From the human T2T-CHM13v2.0 reference genome, Homo sapiens: 64,000 nt of DNA. Location: the NCBI RefSeq assembly GCF_009914755.1, contig NC_060931.1. The stretch is one strand, 5' to 3'. The translations under genes and the position numbers were made by a program. Numbering within the stretch: the first letter of the stretch is position 1; every line of letters starts with the position of its first letter. Shown here piece by piece: positions 25,526 through 38,176 of this stretch. The notes under the pieces are model-generated. The model was not told the DNA's origin. It saw only the letters and a list, made by a program, of their open reading frames with translations, and searched no databases.

Positions 25526-26695
25526 CCCTACACCTCTTCCCGGCCGCCCACCTACACGGAGCCCACATCGCCATCCAGGGGCCCCGCCGGGTGCTTCTGC
25601 CACGTTTGCTCTCTCACTGGCCACAAGAAGATTTCCAATCTTGCCCACTCTCCTCGAACCTCTGCCCGCAGTTCCCTTTGCTGACCCCTTACCCGTGGAG
25701 ATGGCCCAATTCTGTTTTACTACCTAAAGAGTTCTCATTCTTCATAGTCATAAACATAAAACACTGACATACAGATAAAAGTCAACCTTTTCCAGAAACC
25801 CAATATGCCACATTTTTCTTATAATGTATATCATTAATATTCATGTAAAAGTGATAACTGCAGTGACAGCAAATTAAAACTTTCCTGGGGTATCAAATTC
25901 TGGCAAATACATTAGCAAAGAGTTGCCTTTCTGCCTTATAGATTTATCATTATAAATTAGCTTTAATTGGTACTGACCCACTTTATAGGAGCTGAAGCAA
26001 CAAGTCTAAATGAATTGGCAACGAGTGATTACAATGAAAGACACATTAATGGCTCTGGGACCACGGGCCATGCCTGGAAAATTCTTGACCTCTTTGTTCC
26101 TGGGCCTTAGCTCATTACTGGAATGTCATTCTCCCCTGTCTCCTCCTTAACTATGGAATTGGTTCTGGTTCTCCAAGCCAGAAGTAATACTTCCACAGGA
26201 CTTTACACACTTTCTAATGAATTGCCAGCCCGGTGTTGGATTCATCTCTGGTATTTGGAGTTCTTGGTCATTATTTGTGATTACCTGACAGTTCCCAGGA
26301 CACTGCTGGAACCACAAGGAGCCACTGGACATGTTTGTTGAATGAACGAATGAGTGAATCGAGTTCAGACGGGAAGGAGGACCCAAGATAACACAGCTTC
26401 AACTCTTGACTCCCTCTAATCTTTTTTAAAAAATTACGTTATTTCACTTGCCTGCTTAAACCCTCTAGTGGCTTCTCACAGCAAAGAGCAGCCCTGGACC
26501 TCATCATGACCTTTTTCTTTATCAAGGTTTCTTTATCAAGCCATCTTTCAGCTCTGAAGGACCATTTTTTTTTTTTTTTTACTTAAGAACTATTTGTACT
26601 TGGTTTAATGATAAACTTTTACAACTATAAATCTAACAAACATTTATAAATCTTTAGATAGTATTAAATAATAATACATCGGAATGAATTTTTAA

Positions 26696-26993
<298 letters not shown>

Positions 26994-27118
26994 TAAAATA
27001 AAATGTTCTAATACATTTAAATATTGATTACAAACACACTCAAATTTGACATATTTCAACAAAATCATGCCAACTTTACTATGTAAGTTTTAAAAGATCT
27101 TAAAAATACACACATCAA

Positions 27119-27452
27119 GGCTGGGCATGGTGGTTCACACCTGTTCACACACACTTTGGGAGGCTGAGGTGGGAGGATCATTTGAAGGCAGAAGTTTGAA
27201 ACCAGCCTGGGCAATGTAGTGGCACCCCATCTCTATCAAATAAAAATTAAAAAATTAGCTGGGTGTGGTGGTACACACCTGTTGTCCCAGCTACTCAGGA
27301 GGCTGAGGCAGGAAATGAGCAAAACCAGGATAGAACCCTGTGATAAGTTCGGGAAGATCACTTGAGCCCAGGAGGTCGAGGCTGCAGTGAGTGGTGATGG
27401 CACCACTGTACTCCGACAAGGCAAGACCTTGTCTCCTAAAAAACAAAAAAAT
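27119..27452 (+). mobile_element. Alu (AluJ-like) with a ~40-bp internal non-Alu insertion
   Basis: Alu dimer whose right arm is interrupted at 27311-27350. Confidence 0.9.
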
Positions 27453-27645
27453 GCAAACCAAAAAACGAATCACACCAATGATCACAATGACTACCAAGCC
27501 TAAATTTAGCCTATTACACAGTTGGTTCTAAAGAGCTGAATTATTTTTTCATAATTTCCATATTAGCTTTGACCTTCCTGGGTCACAAGAATCTGGTGAG
27601 ACCTAAAAGACAGAGGAACTGACCTCGGGCCAGTGGAGGGTGTGT

Positions 27646-27779
27646 GTTCTGAGTTATGGACCCACACTGATGCCTGGGGGTTCTGAGTTATGGACCCACA
27701 CTGATGCCTGGGGGTTCTGAGTTATGGACCCACACTGATGCCTGGGGGTTCTGAGTTATGGACCCACACTGATGCTTGG
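27646..27779. repeat. 34-bp minisatellite, ~3.9 copies
   Basis: Unit GTTCTGAGTTATGGACCCACACTGATGCCTGGGG starts at 27646, 27680, 27714 and 27748. Confidence 0.95.
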
Positions 27780-27881
27780 TCAGTATGCAGTCAGTACAAG
27801 ATGATTCAAAAGTGAGCCTGTGTTTCCTTGCCTAGACTCCTAGGTTTTTTGACCAACGTTTGCTTGCTCAATAAACAGGAC

Positions 27882-28184
27882 TTTTTTTTTTTTTTTCTTT
27901 GAGATGGAATCTCACTCTGTCGCCCAGGCTGGAGTGCAGTGGAGCGATCTGAGCTCACTGCAACCTCCACCTCCCAGGTTCAACTGATTCTCCTGCCTCA
28001 GCCTCTTGAGTAGCTGGGATTACAGACGTGCGCCCCAACACCTGGCTAATTTTTTTGTATTTTTAGTAGAGATGGGGTTTTACCACGTTGGCCAGGCTGG
28101 TCATGAACTCTTGACCTCAGGTGATCTGCTCACCTCAGCCTCCGAAAGTGCTGGAATTACAGGCATGAGCCACTGCACCTGGCC
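27882..28184 (-). mobile_element. Alu (AluS-like)
   Basis: Antisense full Alu with T-tail. Confidence 0.95.
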
Positions 28185-29000
28185 ATTTTTGCCACTTTGA
28201 TGCCTTCAGTCTAATTACTAGGGTCATTTGAGGTTGCAACTCCCTCAGTGTGGCCAGCCCTTTTCTCAGGGCACACGGCCATTCTCCCATCTTGCAACCC
28301 TCTCTCAGGTCCTCTTTCTACCTGTTTGTGACCAACACAGTGTTGGCCAGTCTTTCCTACTCTTGCCCCAGGCCCTACTTTTTCTAGAACTGTGGGGTCA
28401 CTCACAAGTCCCTGCCTATCTGCTAAACGAGATGGAGAAAATATCTATATTTTATAAACAGCAATCTACTTTACAGAACACATTTCACCTGTTCTGATAT
28501 TATAGCTACTGTTTGGGCACACTTTATACTATCTTCCCCATTTTGAGTAGCATTTTGGACTCACTTATTTTCAAAGATTCAATTAATTACCAGTCATTAT
28601 CCTACTCTGTGATGCTCAAATTACCACACCTTGGTCGATGGAAGCCCCATTAGGTGGCCTCCTGGCTCTTTTGGTAATCCCCATTACTATTTTTTAATTT
28701 AAATTTTCTTCTCTTTAATCAAAGTTATAATTGCATGCAGTAAGAAGTCAGATAGGGCTATGAGGCTTGCCATGAACCACAGGAGTGCCCTGTCCTGTCC
28801 CTCCCTGCGGTGACGCCTTCCCAGTCTTTGACGTGGCATTTACCTCCCCATTTCTAAATAATGTACTTCTGCTGGTTTTTGGTGTCAGTTTTGGGGTATC
28901 TACTGATTTCCTACTATGGAAGATAAGAGTTTTGATCTTTTACATCCTCCCAACCCTCTTTCTGCACTTTCCCTCCTCCCAGAAGAATTTCATTATATTA

Positions 29001-29334
29001 CAGCAGGTTTTTGTTCAATGTTGTTTTGTTGGAACATTGATGAGAAAAACTGATTCCCAGTAGGGGCCATTGTGTATGTGGAGTCTGCTGGTTCTCCCCT
29101 CATCTGTGTGGATTTTCTCAGGGTCCTCTGGTTTCTTCCCACATCCAGGGCTGTGCACGTGAGGTTCACTGGTGTGTCTGCATGATCCTATCTGAGTGAG
29201 CGTGTGGGTGGCCCTGCGACGGGAGGGTGTCCTGTCCAGAGTTGGTTCTTGCCTTGTGCCCTGAGCTGCCACGACAGGCTCTTGCTACCTGAGACCCTGA
29301 ACTGAAATAAGCGGGTTAGAAAATGAGTGGATAC
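29001..29334 (+). mobile_element. MER6 (TcMar-Tigger) left part
   Basis: TA|CAGCAGG start; body matches the recalled MER6 consensus (TGTGGAGT..GTTCTCCCC, GCCCTGAGCTGCC, GACCCTGAACTG.AATAAGCGGGTT.GAAAATGA). Confidence 0.8.
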
Positions 29335-30921
29335 TCATTGGTTTCAAAGAAATTATTTATTTCTGCCTTCATTTCATTATTTACCCAGTAGTCATTCAGG
29401 AGCAGGTTGTTCAGTTTCCATGTAGTTGTACAGTTTTGAGTGAGTTTCTTAACCTGAGTTCTAATTTGATTGCACTGTGGTGTGAGAGACAGTTTGTTGT
29501 GATTTCTGTTCGTTTGCATTTGCTGAGCAGTATTTTACTACCAATTATGTGGTCAATTTTAGAATAAGTTTGATGAGGTGCTGAGAAGAATGTATATTCT
29601 GTTGATTTGGGGTGAAGAGTTCTGTAGATGTCTATTAGGTCCACTTGGTCCAGAGCTGAGTTCAAGTCCTGAATATCCTTGTTAATTTTCTGTCTTGTTG
29701 ATCTAATATTGACAGTGGAGTGTTAAAGTCTCCCGCTATTGTTGTGTGGGAGTCTAAGACTCTTTGTAGGTCTCTAAGAATTTGCTTTATGAATCTGCGT
29801 GCTCCTGTTTTGGGTGCGTATATATTTAGGATAGTTAGCTCTTCTTGTTGCATGGATCCCTTTACCATTATGTAATGCCCTTCTTTGTCTTTTTTGATCT
29901 TTGCTGGTTTAAAGTCTGTTTTACCAGAGACTAGGATTCCAACCCCTGCTTTTCTTTACTTTCCATTTGTTTGGTAAATATTCTTCCATCCCTTTATTTT
30001 GAGCCTATGTGTGTTTTTGCACGAGATGGGTCTCCCGAATACAGTACACCAATGAGTCTTGACTCTTTATCCAATTTGCTAGTCTGTGTCTTTTAATTGG
30101 GGCATTCAGCCTGTTTGCATTTAAGGTTAATATTGTTATGTATGAATTTGATCCTGTCATTATGATGATAGCTGGTTATTTTGCTTGTTAGTTGATGTAG
30201 CTTCTTCATAGTATCTATGGTCTTTACAATTTGGTATTTTTTTGCAGTGGCTGGTAATAGTTTTTCCTTCCTGTATTTAGTGCTTCCTCCAAGAGCTCTT
30301 GTAAGGCAGGCCTGGTGGTGACAAAATCTCTCAGCATTTGCTTCTCTGTAAAGGATGTTATTTCTCCTTTGCTTATGAAGCTTAGTTTGGCTGGATATGA
30401 AATTCTGGGCTGAAAATTCCTTTCTTTAAGAATGTTGAATATCGGCCCCCACTCTCTTCTGGCTTGTATGGTTTCTGCAGAGAGATCTGCTGTTAGTCTG
30501 ATGGGCTTCCCTTTGTGGGTAACCTGACCTTTCTCTCTGTCTGCCTTTAACATTTCTTTCAACCTTGGTGAATCTGACAATTATGTGTCTTGGGGTTGCT
30601 TTTCTCAAGGAGTATCTTTGTAGTATTCTCTGTATTTCCTGAATTTGAATGTTGGCCTGTCTTGCTAGGTTGGGGAAGTCCTCCTGGAAAATATCCTGAA
30701 GAGTGTTTTACAACTTGGTTCCATTCCCCACTTCACTTTCAGGTACACCAATCAAACATAGGTTCGGTCATTTCACATAGTCCCATATTTCTGGGAGGCT
30801 TTGTTTGTTCCTTTTCATTCTCTTTTCTCTAATTTTGTCTTCATGCTTTATTTCATTAAGTTGATCTTCAATCCCTGACATCCTTTCTTCTGCTTGATCG
30901 ATTCAGCTATTGATACTTGTG
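29335..30921 (-). mobile_element. L1PA7-like element, inverted 5' segment (ORF1 C-terminal half and ORF2 endonuclease domain)
   Basis: - strand remnants KGKPIRLTADLSAET...ARREWGPIFNILKE (ORF1), and MVKGSMQQEELTILNIYAP and DLIDIYRTLHP (ORF2 EN); frameshifted. Confidence 0.92.
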
Positions 30922-31798
30922 TCAATGAGAACAAAGACACACAATGTATCAGAATCTCTGGCACACAGCTAAAGCAGTGTGTAGAGGGAAATTTATAGCA
31001 CTAAATGCCCACAAGAGAAAGCAGGAAAGATCTGAAAGTGACACCCTAACATCACAATTAGAAGAACTACAGAAGCAAAAGCAAACACATTCAAAAGCTA
31101 GCAGAAGACAAGAAATAACTAAGAGCAGAACTGAAGGAGATAGAGACACAAAAAACCCTTCAAAAAAATCAATGAATCCAGGAGCTGGTTTTTTGAAAAA
31201 ATTAAAAAATAGATCGCTAGCCAAACTAATAAGAAAAGAGAGAAGAATCAAATAGACACAATAAAAAATGATAAAGAGGATATCACCACTGATTCCACAG
31301 AAATACAAACTACCATCAGATTATACTACAAACACTTCTATGTAAATAAACTAGAAAATCTAGAAGAAATGGATAAATTCTTGGACACATACACCCTTCC
31401 AAGACTAAACCAGGAAGAAGTCGAATCCCAGAACAGACCAATAACAAGTTCTGAAATTGAGAGAGTAATTAATAGCCTACCAACCAAAAGAAGCCCAGGA
31501 CCAGATGGATTCACAGCTGAATTCTACCACAGGTACAAAGAGGATTTGGTACCATTCCTTCTGAAATGATTCCAAACAATAGAAAAAGAGGGACTCCTCC
31601 CTAACTCATTTTATGAGGCCAGCATCATCCTGATACCAAAAACCAGCAGAGACACAACAAAAAAAGAAAATTTCAGGCCAACGTCCCTGTTGAACATCGA
31701 TGCCAAAATCCTCAATAAAATACTGGCAAACCGAATCCAGCAGCACATCAAAAAGCTTATCCACCACCATCGAGTTGGCTTCATCCCTGGGATGCAAG

Positions 31799-33323
31799 TG
31801 TGTCCGGAATTGGTGGGTTCTTGGTCTCACTGACTTCAAGAATGAAGCTGCGGACCCTCGTGGTGTGTGTTACAGTTCTTAAACGTGGTGTGTCCGGAGT
31901 TTGTTCCTTCTGATGTTTGGATGTGTTCAGAGTTTCTTCCTTCTGGGGGGTTCGTGGTCTCGCTGGCTCAGGAGTGAAGCTGCAGACCTTCGCGGTGAGC
32001 GTTACAGCTCTTAAGGCGGCACATCTGCAATTGTTTGTTCCTCCCGGTGGGTTCGTTGTCTTGCTGGCTTCAAGAGTGAAGCTGCAGGCTTTCACAGTGA
32101 GTGTTACAGCTCATAAAGGCAGTGTGGACCCAAAGAGTGAGCAGCAGCAAGAGTTATTGCAAAGAGCGAAAGAACAAAGTTTCCACACTGTGGAAAGGGA
32201 CCTGACCGGGTTGCCACTGCTGATTCAGGCAGCCTGCTTTTATTCTCTTATCTGGCCCCACCCACATCCTGCTGATTGGTCCATTTTACAGAGAGCTGAT
32301 TGGTCTGTTTTACAGAGAGCTGATTGGTCCATTTTGACAGGGTGCTGATTGGTGCGTTTACAATCCCTTAGCTAGACACAAAAGTTCTCCATGTCCCCAC
32401 CAGATTAGCTAGATACAGAGTGTCGATTGGTGTATTTACAAACCCTGAGCTAGACACAGAGTGCTGATTGGTGCATTTACAAACCTTCAGCTAGATACAG
32501 AGTGCCAATTGGTGCATTCACAATCCCTTAGCTAGACATGAAGGTTCTCCAAGTCCCCACCAGAGTAACTAGATAGAGAGTGCTGATTGGTGCATTCACA
32601 AACCCTGAGCTAGACACAGGTGCTGATTGTGTTTACAAACCTTGAGCTAGAGACAAAGTGCTGACTGGTGTATTTACAATCCCTTAGCTAGACATAAAGA
32701 TTCTCCAAGTCTCCACCAGACTCAGGAGCCCAGCTGGCTTCACCCAGTGGATCCTGCACCAGGGCCGCAGGTGGAGCTGCCTGCCAGTCCCGCGCCGTGT
32801 GCCTGCACTCCTCAGCCCTTGGGTGGTTGATGGAACTGGGCGCCGTGGAGCAGGGGGCGGCGCTCGTCGGGGAGGCTTGGGCCGCGCAGGAGCCCATGGG
32901 GGCGGGGGGAGGCTCAGGCATGGTGGGCTGCAGGTCCCGAGCCCTGTTCTGCAGGGAGGTAGCTAAGGCCCGGTGAGAAGTCAAGCACAGCAGCTGCTGG
33001 CCCAGGTGCCAAGCCCCTCACTGCCCGGGGCTTGCGGGCTGGCTGGCCGCTCCGAGTGCGGGGACCGCCGAGCCCACGCCCACCCGGAACTCGTGCTGGC
33101 CTGCAAGTGCCGCCCACAGCCCCGGTTCCCACCTGCGCCTCTCCCTCCACACCTCCCCACAAGCTGAGGAAGCTGGCTCTGGCCTTGGCCAGCCCAGAAA
33201 GGGGCTCAAACAGTGCAGCGGCAGGCTGAAGGACTCAAGCGTGGCCAGAGTGGGCGCCAAGGCTGAGGAGGCGCCGAGAGCGAGCTAGGGCTGCGAGGGC
33301 TGCCAGCATGCTGTCACCTCTCA
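31799..33323 (-). mobile_element. Solo LTR12C (ERV9/HERV9 LTR), 1525 bp
   Basis: On the - strand it begins TGAGAGGTGACAGCATGCTGGCAG and ends CCAATTCCGGACACA. The 4-bp TSD CAAG is at 31795-31798 and 33324-33327. It has a GC/CpG-rich U3 and tandem CCAAT repeats. Confidence 0.93.
32238..32590 (-). promoter_or_regulatory. LTR12C enhancer/promoter: NF-Y CCAAT array, GATA site, AATAAAA TATA-like box
   Basis: Eight ATTGG at 32275, 32299, 32323, 32348, 32426, 32467, 32508 and 32586; TTATCT (GATA) at 32248-32253; TTTTATT at 32238-32244. Confidence 0.75.
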
Positions 33324-35624
33324 CAAGGCTGGTTCAACATATGCAAATCAATAAACATAATCCATCACATAAACAGAACCAATGACAAAAACCACATGAT
33401 TATCTCAATAGATGCAGAAAAGGACTTTGACAAAATTCAACATCCATTCATGCTAAAAACTCTCAATAAACTAGGTATTGACGGATCATCTCTCAAAATA
33501 ATAAGAGCTATTTATGACAAACCCACAGCCAATATCATACTGAATGGGCAAAAGCTGGAAGAATTCCCTTTGAAAACAGGCACAAAACAAGGATGCCCTC
33601 AAGGTCTCACCACTCCTATTCAACATACAATTGGAAGTTCCGGCCAGGGCAATCAGGCAAGAGAAACAAGTAAAGGGTATTCAAATAGGAAGAGAGGAAG
33701 TCAAATTGTCTCTGTTTGAAGATGACATGATTGTATATTTAGAAAACCCCAATGTCTCGGCCCAAAATCTCCTTAAGCTGATAAGCAACTTCAGCAAAGT
33801 CTCAGGATGCAAAATAAATGTGCAAAAATCACAAGCATTCCTATACACCAATAATAGACAAACAGCCAAATCCCACTCACAATTGCTACTAAGATAATAA
33901 AATACCTAGGAATAAAACTTACAAGGGATGTGAAAGACCTCTTCAAGGACAACTATAAACCACTGGTCAAGGAAATAGGAGAGGACACAAACAAATGGAA
34001 AAACATTCCATGCTCATGGATAGGAAGAATCAATATCGTGAAAATGGCCATACTGCACAAACTAATTTACAGATTCAATGCTATCCTCATCAAGCTACCA
34101 TTGACTTTCTTCACATAATTAGAAAAAACTACTTTAAATTTCATATGGAACCAAAAAAGGGCCCATATAGCCAAGACAATCCTAAGCAAAAAGAACAAAG
34201 CTGGAGGCATCATCCTACCTGACTTCAAACTATACTACAAGGGTACAGTAACCAAAACAGCATGGTACGGATGCCAAAACAGATATATAGACCAGTGGAA
34301 AGAACAGAGGCCTCAGAAATAATGCCACACATCTACAACCATCTGATCTTTGACAAACCTGATAAAAATAAGCAATGGGGAAAGGATTCCCTATTTAATA
34401 AATGCTGTTGGGAAAACTGGCTAGCCATATGCAGAAAACTGAAACTGGACCCCTTCTTACACCTTATACAAAAATTAACTGAACATGGATTAAAGACTTA
34501 AACATAAAACATAAAACCATAAAAACCCTAGAAGAAAACCTAGGCAATACCATTCAGGACATAGGCATGGGAAAAGACTTCATGACTAAAACACCAAAAG
34601 CAATGGCAACAAAAGCCAAAATAGACAAATGGGATCTAATTAAACTAAAGAGCTTTGCACAGCAAAAGAAACTATCATCAGAGTGAACAGGAAACCTACA
34701 GAATGGGAGAAAATTTTTGCAATCTATCCATCTGACAAAGGGCTAATATCCAGAATCTGCAAAGAACTTAAATTTACAAGAAAAAAACAAACAACCCCAT
34801 CAAAAAGTGGGCAAAGGATATGAACACACTTCTCAAAAGAAGACATTTATGCGGCCAGCAAACATATGAAAAAAAGCTCATCATCACTGATCATTAGAGA
34901 AATGTAAATCAAAACCACAATGAGATACCATCTCACTCCAGTTAAAATGGGAATCATTAAAAAGTCAGGAAACAACAGATGCTGGAGAGGATGTGGAGAA
35001 ACAGGAAGGCTTTTACACTGTTGGTGGGAGTGTAAATTATTTCAACCATTGTGGAAGACAGTGTGGTGATTCCTCAAGGATCTAGAACCAGAAATACCAT
35101 TCGACCCAGCAATCCCATTACTGGGTATATACTCAAAGGATTATAAATCATTCTACTATAAAGACACATGCACATGTATGTTTACTGCAGCCCTGTTTAC
35201 AACAGCAAAGACTTGGAACCAACCCAAATGTCCATCAATGATAGATAAAGAAAATGTGGCACATATACACCATGGAATACTATGCAGCCATAAAATAGGA
35301 TGAGGTCATGTCCTTTGCAGGGACATGGATAAAGCCAGAAACTATCATTCTCAGCAAACTAACACAGGAACAGAAAACCAAACACCACATGTTCTCACTC
35401 ATAAGTGGGAGTTGAACAATGAGAACACATGGACACAGGGAGGGGAACATCACACACCGGGGCCTGTTGGGGCATGGGGGGCTAGGGGAGGGATAGCATT
35501 AGAAGAAATACCTAATGTAGATGACGGGTTGATGGGTGCAGCAAACCACCATGGCATGTGTATAGCTATGTAACAAACCTGCACGTTCTGCACATGTATA
35601 CAGAACTTAAAGTATAATAAAAAA

Positions 35625-36108
35625 AGAAAATGAATACAAATTATCAAATAAAAGTCTGTAAAGTCTACGATAATTGTACAAGTGCACGACAGTAAATGAT
35701 GATGTGCAAAAGTGCTCAGCGAGCCTGCCACATCTGTTATTGCTGGTTTTTGAACTGTGGTGGGAGGAGGTGCTCCTTACAATAGTCACACATTTATTTC
35801 TTAATTTAACCCACTACCAAGAGGACCATTGTTACTCACTGATGCATCAAAACTTGGGTAAATAATTATCCTGTTTAATTAATTTTCTTAAATGTATGAT
35901 AGCTCACATTTATTTTAATGTTTAATACTAGAAGTGTTTTGGGTCTTTATTTAGAAGTTTGCTGTTTTTGTGATCAGAAATATGCTGTAGGAACTTAACT
36001 TCTCTTTGTATAAATTAGCCTTTGGGAAAATTGGTTCTGTTATATGTCATTTCACTTAAAGTGAAAATTTCCAAGAACCTCTTGACAACATTAAGTGAGG
36101 CCTTCCTG
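35625..36108 (+). mobile_element. MER6 right part
   Basis: Resumes AGAAAATGAATACAAATTAT and ends TTAAGTGAGGCCTTCCTG|TA, consistent with the TA TSD. Confidence 0.8.
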
Positions 36109-36979
36109 TATTTGGCTTCATTAGTATTCAATGTTGCACTATGATGACACTGAGCCATGGGATGAACCAAGCTCACATCTTTATCTTCCTTGGAGTTCAA
36201 CACCATCTCCACAACCTCTGTTGTGATCTTTCTCATCTTCATCCTCCTCCTCATCCTCCTCACTGCATGAGCAGCTGATGTGTATCTGGGGCTCACTACA
36301 GGCCAGGCACAGCTCTAAGCGCTGTACATCTATTAGCTCATTTAAATGTCACAACAACCCTTTTAGGTGAGTACTAAGATTATCTTCATTTTACATAAAA
36401 TGGAAGCCCAGAGAGGCAGAGTATCTTGTCAGAGGTCACAAAGCTCCTCCGTGGGGTGCAAGGGTTCCCAGCTGGCCAGGGTCTGTGTTCCCAGCCAGCG
36501 TACTGCACTGCATACTTGAATCCAGCCTGACCCTCAGATGGACTGTAAGCCTCCTCTCAGTGTGTTTAAGCCCCCAGGTATTCTGGTTCCCCCCATCCCC
36601 ACTTTCCTCTTTGCCTCCCCTCGTCCCTCCTTTTTCCTAAGAGACAGTCTTTGGGCACCTGGTGCCCTCTGTCCTTCTACTCCAGAACCACCCTGCATGG
36701 CTGCCATCCTGGGATTCCCCTTCTCCAATGTCCCAGCAGTTCCCTTTTCCTCTCCCCACATGGGGCCGATGCCTGTTCCAAGGTTCTGTGTCTTCCTCTT
36801 TCTTCGTTCACCCCTTGCTTGGGTCATGGGAGGTAAAATCTGGAGTCCCTGAATGTCTGAGGACGTCTTCATTCTACTCTCAGGTCGATGCCCACGAGTC
36901 CTGAGCTGCACTAACTCCCATTCTCAGATGTGTCCTCCTCCTGGGAGACTCAGCTTCTCGCTGCTCTCTGTCCTTCCAC

Positions 36980-37920
36980 CTGCCATCCTTTTACTACTGT
37001 GCGGGGGACTCATCCACCTGGAAACTCACGCCCTTCAGTTCTGGGAAATTTCTTTGAAAAAAATTTTTTTTTTATAATTTCCTCTCTTAGCTGTCTTTCT
37101 GGGAATTCTTTTTATTCTAATGTTACACACCTCCTGGACTAATCCTCTCATATTCTTATCACTTCTGTTTTCTAAATCTCTGATTTTTTTTTTCCTTTTT
37201 ACTTTCTGGGAGATTTTTCTAAAATAGCTCTCTGTCCTTTCTATAAATGTTTTCATTTCTGCCATCACCTGTTTTAATTTCCAAAGACTACTTTTTTTAT
37301 TCTTTTTTTTTCATGCACAAAGCTTTCTTCTCTCTGTAAGGAGAAGGTTGTTGTTTGTTTTTATTTTCTCCTGCCCCATGCACTGTCACTGTTTCTCCGG
37401 TGTGCCTTTTTTCCTCTTTAATCTGGTCTCTGACACTGTCTGTCCTGGAAGCCATTCCCAAACCTTGAGGATCCTTGTCTGTCTGCTCATATTTAAAAGT
37501 GAGGCATAAAAAGCAGATTGGATGCTCTGGTGCATAGGTGGGTCTATCAAATGGTGAAGGTCCACACAGTGAACCTGGAGGGGGACCACCTCACAGGTCC
37601 TTTCCCCTTGGGCTGACCATCCTGGGTGGTGTGAGTGGCTGTGGGTAGAGAAAGGGCACTGGACTTCTACCACTCAGGATGGAGTCTCTTCCTCAGCCTC
37701 CCTGTTCTAAGAACTGTGCCCTCACCCTGGGCTCTGCCTGGCAGCTCTGGTTCAGCATCTCCAGAGCCATGCTCTGTCACGGGAGGGATGGCAGCTGCCT
37801 GGCCTCGCAGAGTTAGGGAGGATACAGAGGGGGAAAGGAAGGGACATCCCGTGGAGACTCTCAGCCAGTTCTCCTGACTTCAGCCTTATCTGTACTCCCA
37901 CATTCAGAGGTATCTGTAGC
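36980..37920 (-). mobile_element. Ancient L1-related fragment (HAL1/L1M-like)
   Basis: T-rich antisense text; a - strand remnant resembling L1 ORF1 (KIRDLENRSDKNMRGL..NIRIKRIP). Confidence 0.45.
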
Positions 37921-37964
37921 TCCATTTTTAAAATAGAACAGATTTATTTTTACTTTTTAAAAAA

Positions 37965-38176
37965 TATTTTCAACTTTTATTTTAGATCTAGGGGGTACAC
38001 ATGCAGGTTTGTATATTGTGTGATGCTGAGGTTTGGGGTACAATTGATCCCATCACCCAGGTCCTGGGCATGGTAATCAATAGTTAGCTTTTCAACCCTT
38101 GTCCCCTCCCGCCTCCCCCGCCCCAGAGGTCCCCAGTGTCTACTGCTGCCGTCTTTATGTCCATGAGTACCCAATG
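37965..38176 (-). mobile_element. L1 3' end fragment (L1PA16/L1PB-like)
   Basis: CAACTTTTATTTTAGAT..GGGGGTACACATGCAGGTTTG...CCCAGTGTCTA matches an antisense primate L1 3' UTR. Confidence 0.75.

Larger units (their letters stand above)
30923..35624 (+). mobile_element. L1PA7-like element, sense segment (decayed ORF2 RT and 3' UTR), interrupted by LTR12C
   Basis: + strand ORF2 remnants [49 protein letters not shown] and [15 protein letters not shown]; primate L1 3' UTR ending ACTTAAAGTATAATAAAAAAA. Confidence 0.93.

Noticed and set aside
27646-27779. 34-bp repeats resembling a CRISPR array in unit length
   Set aside because: Head-to-tail units with no spacers, in human DNA with no cas genes; a minisatellite.
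32270-32700. Regularly spaced GCTGATTGG/GCTAGACAC repeats
   Set aside because: The normal U3 enhancer repeat array of LTR12C.
29316-35573. Endonuclease and reverse-transcriptase-like ORFs as a possible novel system
   Set aside because: Frameshifted, stop-interrupted fragments of a single dead L1.
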